Source: Candidatus Melainabacteria bacterium (GTDB lineage: Bacteria > Cyanobacteriota > Vampirovibrionia > Obscuribacterales > Obscuribacteraceae). From it: a DNA stretch of 40,914 nt. Position 1 is the stretch's first letter; every line of letters starts with the position of its first letter. The notes under the pieces are model-generated. The model saw only the letters and a program-made list of their open reading frames with translations. It made no database searches and was not told the origin of the DNA. The DNA is taken from contig PSRH01000195.1 of the NCBI GenBank assembly GCA_003175915.1, positions 1-40,914 on the forward strand, read 5' to 3'. The position numbers and the translations under genes are program-made. Positions 33,973 to 40,914 of this stretch are shown piece after piece.

Positions 33973-34890
33973 ATGTTTTATCTGGAGCCGGATCAGTACC
34001 AGCCTACGCATGTTGGCGACCCGATCTCGACTGTGCCGCCACATCTAATCAATTTCTCCTGGCCTGCCTATGAAGCACAGGTCTTGTCTGGACTTGTGCC
34101 GGATTTAAAGTCGGCGGTGAACAGGTTAACCAAAAAGCTGTCCACCAGAAGGGTGCATTCCACTCGTGTCAATCTCCGCCGCTGGCAGGCTGTCGGTCAG
34201 ATCGTCGCCAATGACGACTGGAAACTGGCTGAGTATCAGAAGTTGGATGAGAGCTTGAATAAGCTGCGTAAATCTCTGGGCAGGTTAAGGGACAGCGAAA
34301 TCCTCTTGGAATTAGCCGACGATTTGAAACTACCCAGAAAGTTGATCCGCCGCTGGAAAGCTGAACGCAAAGAATTCCTGAAAAAGGTGGACAAGTGCCT
34401 GGCTAAAGCAGAGCCAATGCCGCAATTGAAATCTTTCGAACGCCTGATCAGAAAGCGCGAAAAGCAATTATTGATCCAAGAAGATCTTTCTCAATTTGGC
34501 TACGTATCAGCCTTCCATCACCTGGAGCCGCTTTTAGAGAGAATGGAACGGCAAACCCATGATCTGGAGCCGAAAGCCCTCTCGCCAGAGCAATTGCATC
34601 AATTGCGGATCATGATTAAGAACTGGCGTTATTTTCTCACTGAGTTCTACGGTTTGACCAATCTCCAATTGGTCAGAGCCCAGCAAGTACTGGGTAAGTT
34701 GCACGATCTCGACCGGCTCCTCGAAGTCTTGAAGGAGTCGGGGGACTTCTCCATGCTTGACAATCAAAAGCTCGAGCAGATCAAAACAAGGCGAAAAGAT
34801 TTGCTTGAGGAATTCGATCAGTTCAGACAGAGCTTGCCATACGGCTTGCGGCCGAGCATCACGAGTTATGTAGAAGCAACTGGCGCCTGA
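33973..34890 (+). CDS. CHAD domain-containing protein (stand-alone)
   Basis: VHSTRVNLRRWQAV and LHQLRIMIKNWRYFLTEFYG match the paired conserved His/Arg helices of CHAD domains. The protein reads as all-helical and basic. Confidence 0.7.
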   Translation: MFYLEPDQYQPTHVGDPISTVPPHLINFSWPAYEAQVLSGLVPDLKSAVNRLTKKLSTRRVHSTRVNLRRWQAVGQIVANDDWKLAEYQKLDESLNKLRKSLGRLRDSEILLELADDLKLPRKLIRRWKAERKEFLKKVDKCLAKAEPMPQLKSFERLIRKREKQLLIQEDLSQFGYVSAFHHLEPLLERMERQTHDLEPKALSPEQLHQLRIMIKNWRYFLTEFYGLTNLQLVRAQQVLGKLHDLDRLLEVLKESGDFSMLDNQKLEQIKTRRKDLLEEFDQFRQSLPYGLRPSITSYVEATGA

Positions 34891-35038
34891 AATAACTTAA
34901 GTCGTTGGGGCGCATCAGGATTGAGAGCGTTAGCGCAGAACAAGTAGGCATGCGCTTAATTAATGTTTTATCGTGGTTCCGGCTTTAATCCGGGTCATTA
35001 GCCATAAAATGGATAGGATCAAACCTAAGGTAGATCGA

Positions 35039-36031
35039 ATGGCAATCAGGAAAAAGCTCACGATACTTGGATCTGGCTCGGCTGGGTTAACAGCAGCCAT
35101 ATATGCGGCCCGGGCCAATCTTGAGCCTCTGGTTGTGCAGGGATTGCAAGCCGGCGGCCAGTTAACAATCACCACTGATGTCGAGAATTTTCCCGGCTTT
35201 CCAGAGGGAATTCAGGGCCCGGAGCTCATGGAACAATTGCATAAACAAGCGGAGCGATTTGGCACCCAGTTTATATACGATAATGCCGAATCGGTCGATC
35301 TTTCTCGCCGCCCTTTCGTCGTGAGAACCAGCGCAGAGGAAATTCTGACGGACACACTACTCATTTGTACGGGCGCCTCAGCGAAGCTACTCGGGTTAGA
35401 GTCGGAATCTAAGCTCATGGGTCACGGCGTCTCGGCTTGCGCTACCTGTGACGGCTTCTTCTTCAAAGACAAGGTGGTTTTTGTGGTGGGAGGCGGAGAT
35501 ACGGCGCTCGAAGAAGCGATGTTCTTGACGCGTTTTGCTACCTCTGTCACGGTTGTGCACAGGCGCGATCAGTTTCGTGCTTCAGCAATTATGGTGGAGC
35601 GGGCCAAGAAGAACGAGAAAGTCAAATTCATTCTCGACACGGTTGTCGAGGATATCGAAAACGTGGAGAAGGGCGAAGTTACAGGAATCAAATTGCGCAA
35701 TCTGAAAACCAAAGAGGTAACCCTGCACGCCGCTGACGGAGTGTTCGTCGCCATCGGGCACAAGCCGAATACGGAACTTTTTCGTGATCAAATTGAACTG
35801 ACGGAAAACGGCTACATCGTAACCAATGGCGTTAAAACAAGCGTTCATGGCGTCTTCGCTGCCGGCGATGTTCAGGATGAGCTTTATCGTCAGGCGATTA
35901 CAGCTGCCGGTACAGGTTGCGCTGCCGCCCTGGAAGCGCAATGGCTCCTGGAGTCCGAGGAGGGTGGTCAGTCCGAAGCGGGAAAGTCTGAGGCCACCGT
36001 CAAGCAAGTGGCCATGCGACAATCAGGCTAA
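35039..36031 (+). CDS. trxB: Thioredoxin-disulfide reductase
   Basis: FAD motif ILGSGSAGLTAAIYAAR, redox-active CATCDG, NADPH motif VVGGGDTALEEA, and GVFAAGDV. ATG 35039 lies behind AAGGT. There is a short acidic C-terminal tail. Confidence 0.95.
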   Translation: MAIRKKLTILGSGSAGLTAAIYAARANLEPLVVQGLQAGGQLTITTDVENFPGFPEGIQGPELMEQLHKQAERFGTQFIYDNAESVDLSRRPFVVRTSAEEILTDTLLICTGASAKLLGLESESKLMGHGVSACATCDGFFFKDKVVFVVGGGDTALEEAMFLTRFATSVTVVHRRDQFRASAIMVERAKKNEKVKFILDTVVEDIENVEKGEVTGIKLRNLKTKEVTLHAADGVFVAIGHKPNTELFRDQIELTENGYIVTNGVKTSVHGVFAAGDVQDELYRQAITAAGTGCAAALEAQWLLESEEGGQSEAGKSEATVKQVAMRQSG

Positions 36032-36185
36032 CCACTGTCCATGCGCTGCAGAATGTCATCGAGGCAGCCCGGCGATTCAAAAACTAAGTTAGCGGTGCAC
36101 CACTGACAGGTGCGCCCAAGGAATCAGGCAAAACAAAAAAAGCGCGGCGCTACTGGTGCACCTGTAAGCACAGGGCAGGTATAAC

Positions 36186-38318
36186 ATGAAACCGACACAA
36201 ACAAAGAACAGACTGGCAGGTGAAACGAGCACCTATCTCTTGCAGCACGCTGGCAACCCGGTTGACTGGTACCCCTGGGGAGAAGAAGCATTGAGGCGCG
36301 CCCGTAGCGAGGACAAGCCGATCTTGCTTTCCATTGGCTACGCAGCTTGCCACTGGTGCCATGTCATGGAACATGAGTCCTTCGAAAATCCGGAAACGGC
36401 CAAGATCATGAACGAACACTTCGTGTGCATCAAAGTCGATCGCGAAGAGAGAACCGATCTTGACGATATCTACATGAAGGCGGTGCAGTTGATGACCGGC
36501 CACGGCGGCTGGCCAATGACGGTCTTCCTTACTCCTGAATTGAAGCCATTCTTCGGCGGCACCTACTTTCCTAGTCAGGATCGGCACGGGCTGCCGAGCT
36601 TTGAGCGGGTACTAATCGGGGTCAATGAAGCCTGGAAGACGAAGCGCAAGGAAATCGAGGAAAGCGCTCAGGACATTACCAAGCATCTGGTAACCATGGA
36701 CGATCTGGTCAGCCTCACGGAGAGAAGCAAGCAGGATACGGAGATAAAGCAAAAGGAGCTGATTCTTGCTGCTGCCCAAAAAATGCTCGCCAGTTTTGAC
36801 AATCGCTTTGGTGGTTTCGGCAGCGCCCCGAAATTTCCCCACAGTTTTAGCCTCGATCTGGGAATGCGCTGCCAGTCTCACCTGACAGATGAGAAGCCCA
36901 GTCTCAAAGAATCATTTAGCGAAATGGTCGAGAAGACCCTGGATTGCATGGCCTATGGAGGCATCAACGATCAAATCGGCGGAGGATTTGCCCGTTATTC
37001 CGTGGACAGGCAGTGGCTCGTGCCCCATTTCGAAAAAATGCTCTACGACAACGCCCTCCTTTCTTCCCTCTACTTCGATGGTTATTCGCTTACTGGGCGA
37101 GAATACTGGAAGCAAGTGGGCGAGGGTGTTTTGCATTTCGTTTCCCGCGAACTGTCAAGCAGTCACGGCGGATTCTATTCCAGCCTGGACGCCGATAGTG
37201 AAGGAGTGGAGGGCAAATACTACCTCTTCACTCTTGGCGAAATCGAACAAATACTTGGCTCCGATGCGGCTTTCTTCTGCCAGATCTACGGGGCTTCCAA
37301 GCAGGGCAATTTTGAACACGAAAGCAACATCCTGCATCTAAGCGATTCTCCCGAGGCGCTTGCTGGCAAACACAAGATGACCGTTGAAGCGCTTTGGCAG
37401 AAACTCACTCCCTTAAAGGAAAAGGTTTTGGCGGCGCGCCAAAAGCGCGTCCCCCCCGGCCGTGACGAAAAGGTTTTGACAAGCTGGAATAGCCTCATGG
37501 CCTCCTCTTTTATCAAAGGCTATGAAATTACAGGCAACGACAAATACCTTAAGACGGCCAAGGCGACGGTCAACTTCATCTTGAAGGAAATGGTCATCAA
37601 AGAAAGACTGATGCGCACCTGGGGACAGGGTAAGGCGAAATTGAACGGCTATCTGGATGACTACACTTATTTCACGCAGACCTTGCTGGATTTAGCTGGA
37701 GCTGATGGTGATTCTCTCTGGCTCACCAAGGCGATTTTCTTCGCCGAGGCTACCCTGAAGCACTTTAGCGACGGCCAGGGCGGCCTCTTCTATACCAGTG
37801 ATGACCACGAATCTTTACTGGCTAGACCGCGCAGCCATTTTGACAGTTCCGTACCGTCGGGAACGTCGGTTGCCCTCTTCAACATGCTGCGCTTGGGAAG
37901 GATAACCGGTCATCCTCACTACGCTGAAAAAGCAGAAGCGTTATTGGCCATTTACCAGCCGCTTTTCAGCAAGTTGCCCGACCAGTTCGCCAACATGATA
38001 TGTGCACTGGACTTTTCATTGTCGCCTTGGCCCGACATTGTGGTTACGCTGCCGGCTGGTAGCGCTTCAGGCAATCCGCTATTGCTAGAAGTCCATCGGC
38101 ACTATCTGCCGAATAAAGTCGTCACAGTAAAAAATTGCCAGGCAAACACACGGGAAGGAGGCGCTGTGAAGGAGGCCCAAGAACCACTTCTAATCAAAGG
38201 AAAGGGGCTTGTGGCAGGAAAACCGGCGGTTTTCCTGTGTGAAAATTTCACCTGCGAAGAACCAGTGAGCAAGCTTGAGGAGCTGCGCCGGAGGCTGAAA
38301 AGGCAGGCAGCGCCTTAG
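36186..38318 (+). CDS. Thioredoxin-domain protein of the YyaL/DUF255 family with (alpha/alpha)6-barrel domain
   Basis: SPYLLQHA-type start [46 protein letters not shown], and [15 protein letters not shown]. The long C-terminal domain is epimerase-like. Confidence 0.9.
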   Translation: MKPTQTKNRLAGETSTYLLQHAGNPVDWYPWGEEALRRARSEDKPILLSIGYAACHWCHVMEHESFENPETAKIMNEHFVCIKVDREERTDLDDIYMKAVQLMTGHGGWPMTVFLTPELKPFFGGTYFPSQDRHGLPSFERVLIGVNEAWKTKRKEIEESAQDITKHLVTMDDLVSLTERSKQDTEIKQKELILAAAQKMLASFDNRFGGFGSAPKFPHSFSLDLGMRCQSHLTDEKPSLKESFSEMVEKTLDCMAYGGINDQIGGGFARYSVDRQWLVPHFEKMLYDNALLSSLYFDGYSLTGREYWKQVGEGVLHFVSRELSSSHGGFYSSLDADSEGVEGKYYLFTLGEIEQILGSDAAFFCQIYGASKQGNFEHESNILHLSDSPEALAGKHKMTVEALWQKLTPLKEKVLAARQKRVPPGRDEKVLTSWNSLMASSFIKGYEITGNDKYLKTAKATVNFILKEMVIKERLMRTWGQGKAKLNGYLDDYTYFTQTLLDLAGADGDSLWLTKAIFFAEATLKHFSDGQGGLFYTSDDHESLLARPRSHFDSSVPSGTSVALFNMLRLGRITGHPHYAEKAEALLAIYQPLFSKLPDQFANMICALDFSLSPWPDIVVTLPAGSASGNPLLLEVHRHYLPNKVVTVKNCQANTREGGAVKEAQEPLLIKGKGLVAGKPAVFLCENFTCEEPVSKLEELRRRLKRQAAP

Positions 38319-38455
38319 GTGAGGACGGCAAACTGCTTTCTTTGTTGGCTGAGGCTTGGTCTGGGGCAAAATAGAGTTAGCGCGGCAGCACCGAGCGGCT
38401 AAGCTTACGGCATCATGTTAGAACGTCCTGATTGATTTGATTAGTTTGCACTAAC

Positions 38456-40054
38456 GTGACGATAGATAAAATCACACAAGCACAGGTGTCCGGGGAGACG
38501 AGCCTTAGCGCGGTCGCCACTCAGTCGACATCGCTGTCGGTGTTGATCGTGGAAGACAGCCCTACCCAGGCGAAACTCCTCAATATCAGCCTGAGGCGAC
38601 TGGGAGTCGATGTAGAGTGGCTGGGCACGCTTTCCGACGCACTCACCAGACTAAAGCAACCAGGCATCGATGTCGTTCTTCTCGATCTGTCATTACCTGA
38701 TAGCACGGGCCTGGCGACCTTCCACCGCATTCATAACCTGAACGTGTCGATACCTATAGTAGTCTTGACTGGTCTGGATGACCAACGGGTGGCGCTGGAG
38801 GCGATGCAGAGCGGTGCCCAGGATTACCTGGTGAAAGGCCGCGCCAGTGACGACTCGATTGTCCGTTGTCTGCGTTACGCCATCGAGCGAAATCGCATCG
38901 AATTAGCTTTGCGCGAGTCGGAAAGACGGACTCGCCAGATCATCGAAAACTCCTTCGACGCTTTTATGGCGATCAATGGCAACGGCATTGTCACCGATTG
39001 GAATTTGAAAGCTGAAAAAATGTTCGGTTTTACCAGGAACGAAGCTTTGGGAAAACACGTCACGGAATTAGTCAGTCCTTCTATCCCTATGGAAAGGAAG
39101 TTGGACAGTCTGGCGCAAATCATCTCACAGGAATCCTCAGACATGCTAAATACAAGGCGAGAGACGCTGGCATTGCGCAAGGACGGCAGCGAATTCCCGG
39201 TGGAATATGGCTTTTTCCGGGTGAAGAGTAAGGATGGATATATATACTGCTCCTTCTTAAGCGATATAACCGAGCGGCAGGAAATCGAGCGAAAGCGCAA
39301 ACAGATCAATCAAGAATTAGAACGGATGGTGCAAGAGCGAACGGCCGAGTTACAGCGTTCCAACGAGGAGCTGCATCAATTCGCTAAAGTAGCCTCGCAT
39401 GATTTGCAAGAGCCGCTTCGTTCGATTGAGGGCTTCGCTCAGCTCTTGGCTAAACGTTATAGAGGACAATTGGACAAGGACGCCGACGAATTCATCGATT
39501 TCATTTTGGAGGGCACGGCGCGCATGGAGCAGCTTATTCAAGCCGTTCTAGTTCACTCCAGTATCGGGGAGGAAGCGGAAACTCTGGAAAATCCCATGAC
39601 TGACGTAAATTCAGTGATCAAGGAGGTTTTGGCCAATCTCCGCCAATCAATCCAAGAGAGGGGCGCCACATTTCAAGTAGGCCCGATGCCAACCGTTCCC
39701 GTAACCAGATCGCAGCTGATCCAGCTTTTTCAGAACTTGATAAGCAACGCAATCAAGTATACTGGAGCTAATGCTACTCCGAGCGTTTCCATTTCAGCCG
39801 AACTAAATGTCAACGAATGGATGTTCTCCATCCAGGATAATGGTATCGGGATTGATAGCAAATATGCTGACAAGATATTTGATATGTTCGCTAGATTGCA
39901 CGGTCGCACAAAGTATTCGGGAACCGGGATGGGTCTTGCCATATGCAAAAAAATAGTAACGGCTCACGGCGGCAGAATCTGGATGGAATCCGAGGTTGGA
40001 CACGGTTCGATCTTCTTTTTCACCCTGCCAGCTAAGACCCCCTCCAAGGAGTAA
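38456..40054 (+). CDS. Hybrid sensor histidine kinase (REC-PAS-HisKA-HATPase)
   Basis: REC: VLIVEDSP...VVLLDLSLPD...YLVKG. PAS: RQIIENSFDAFMAINGNGIVTDWN. H-box ASHDLQEPLRSI, N-box NLISNAIKY, G-boxes QDNGIGI and GTGMGLAICK. GTG start is uncertain. Confidence 0.9.
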   Translation: MTIDKITQAQVSGETSLSAVATQSTSLSVLIVEDSPTQAKLLNISLRRLGVDVEWLGTLSDALTRLKQPGIDVVLLDLSLPDSTGLATFHRIHNLNVSIPIVVLTGLDDQRVALEAMQSGAQDYLVKGRASDDSIVRCLRYAIERNRIELALRESERRTRQIIENSFDAFMAINGNGIVTDWNLKAEKMFGFTRNEALGKHVTELVSPSIPMERKLDSLAQIISQESSDMLNTRRETLALRKDGSEFPVEYGFFRVKSKDGYIYCSFLSDITERQEIERKRKQINQELERMVQERTAELQRSNEELHQFAKVASHDLQEPLRSIEGFAQLLAKRYRGQLDKDADEFIDFILEGTARMEQLIQAVLVHSSIGEEAETLENPMTDVNSVIKEVLANLRQSIQERGATFQVGPMPTVPVTRSQLIQLFQNLISNAIKYTGANATPSVSISAELNVNEWMFSIQDNGIGIDSKYADKIFDMFARLHGRTKYSGTGMGLAICKKIVTAHGGRIWMESEVGHGSIFFFTLPAKTPSKE

Positions 40055-40058
40055 TCTT

Positions 40059-40880
40059 ATGAAGGATAAACTAGAGATACTACTTGTTGAAGACATTCCA
40101 TCGGACGTGCGGCTGACCGAGGAAGCGTTAAAGGACGCCGGTTTTAAGTTCAACCTGTCCGTAGCAAGTGATGGCGAAGAAGCGATGGAGCTGCTCAACC
40201 GCCTTAAGAAAGCGGCAAATCCAGCCTTCCCCGACGTCATACTACTCGATTTGAACATGCCGAAGAAAAACGGTCATGAAGTCTTGGCCGAAATCAAGGA
40301 AGACCTGGAACTGGTGAGAATACCGGTGGTACTGCTGACGGTGTCACAGCAAGATCACGATATTCTTGAGGCGTTGCGCTTGAAAATGAACTACTATCTT
40401 TCTAAGCCAGTATCATCCGAGAAGCTTGCCGTTCTTCTTAAAGCGATCTTCGAACTGCACGCCGAAGATGCCGAAGTCAAAAAGCAGAAGCCCCTGGAGT
40501 ACGAGGCTCTACATGTACGCCTGGTTCTCGCCAGCAACCAGCACACGGCGCCGGTCGTGTTGCGAAAATTGGCATCGGAGGAAAACTTCCGCATACGCTG
40601 TCGCGTCGCTGAAAATCCCAATACCCCACCGGAAGTGTTGCTCGGATTATCAAAGGACGAACATTCCGAAGTGCGCCTGAGTGTGGCCGAGAATCCCAGA
40701 ACCCCCAAGTCGGTTCTTGAAACACTATCCAAAGACGAGAACGACGACGTCAGGCTCGGTATAGCTGAAAATCCCAACATTCCGCCGGAAATTCTGCAAA
40801 TACTGGCTAGCGACCAGAACATTTTCGTGGCCTCTTGCGCTGCCAAGACCCTGTCAAACCCGAGGGCATCGATCGTTTGA
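40059..40880 (+). CDS. Response regulator: REC domain fused to LRV/HEAT-like helical repeats
   Basis: ILLVEDIPSDV...VILLDLNMPKKNG...YLSKP, then VAENPNTPPEVL, VAENPRTPKSVL and IAENPNIPPEIL repeats. SD AAGGAG lies 7 nt upstream of ATG 40059. Confidence 0.85.
   Translation: MKDKLEILLVEDIPSDVRLTEEALKDAGFKFNLSVASDGEEAMELLNRLKKAANPAFPDVILLDLNMPKKNGHEVLAEIKEDLELVRIPVVLLTVSQQDHDILEALRLKMNYYLSKPVSSEKLAVLLKAIFELHAEDAEVKKQKPLEYEALHVRLVLASNQHTAPVVLRKLASEENFRIRCRVAENPNTPPEVLLGLSKDEHSEVRLSVAENPRTPKSVLETLSKDENDDVRLGIAENPNIPPEILQILASDQNIFVASCAAKTLSNPRASIV
40515..40850 (+). repeat. In-frame 78-nt periodic repeats encoding 26-aa helical repeats
   Basis: GCTGAAAATCCCAA at 40608, GCCGAGAATCCCAG at 40686 and GCTGAAAATCCCAA at 40764 are exactly 78 nt apart. 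A degenerate unit lies upstream (VRLVLASNQHTAPVVLRKLAS) and a partial unit downstream. Confidence 0.6.
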
Positions 40881-40914
40881 AGAGGGCTGTTATCGCGTCG
40901 CACCAGGCGGCTTG

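Noticed and set aside
35582-36587. Minus-strand ORFs 35582..36022 and 36150..36587, antisense to trxB and the YyaL-type gene
   Set aside because: These are shadow ORFs opposite genes with unambiguous catalytic motifs. No SD or recognisable domains are present.
39803-40903. Minus-strand ORFs 39803..40258 and 40394..40903, antisense to the kinase and response regulator
   Set aside because: These are shadow ORFs. The second merely mirrors the 78-nt repeats of the LRV region in an antisense frame.
1-40914. Mobile elements, prophage remnants, CRISPR arrays, toxin-antitoxin or known defence-system genes
   Set aside because: No transposase, integrase or recombinase motifs were found in any long ORF. 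There are no terminal inverted repeats flanking a block, no regularly spaced direct repeats, and no nuclease, helicase or methylase gene pairs.

Overview
Gene-dense bacterial chromosomal window with roughly balanced base composition (not computed). Shine-Dalgarno sites are clear upstream of many genes, and several TTG/GTG starts are likely. I found no rRNA, tRNA, CRISPR array, transposase, integrase or phage genes. All protein calls come from motifs read in the translated ORFs; no homology search was possible.

Layout:
- (1) nt 1-9050: a glycan/EPS-type assembly island. It holds the 3' end of an ABC exporter, a membrane-anchored right-handed beta-helix protein, six glycosyltransferases (GTs) and one family-less GT-B-like protein.
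- (2) nt 9.1-20.4 kb: a leaderless protein of six carboxypeptidase-regulatory-like modules, then folC, nudF-like Nudix, a small membrane protein, a Zn-ribbon SpoU methyltransferase, Bacillus-type acsA, an orphan TadG-like/vWA giant and dnaB.
- (3) nt 20.4-30.3 kb: one long minus-strand block, flp-cpaB-tadZ-cpaF-tadB-tadC followed by grpE-dnaJ and a YVTN beta-propeller.
- (4) nt 30.3-40.9 kb: a Fur-family regulator with a long C-terminal extension, divergent from flp with repeated operator-like palindromes between them. It is followed by two more GTs, a stand-alone CHAD protein, trxB, a YyaL-type thioredoxin-domain protein, and a REC-PAS-histidine kinase paired with a REC-LRV-repeat response regulator.

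The most unusual element is the compact Tad/Flp pilus operon. It has no secretin, prepilin peptidase or pseudopilin genes anywhere in the window. Next are its unlinked TadG-like protein with a split vWA domain and the adjacent Fur-type regulator with candidate operators. Taxonomic origin cannot be fixed from the sequence alone.
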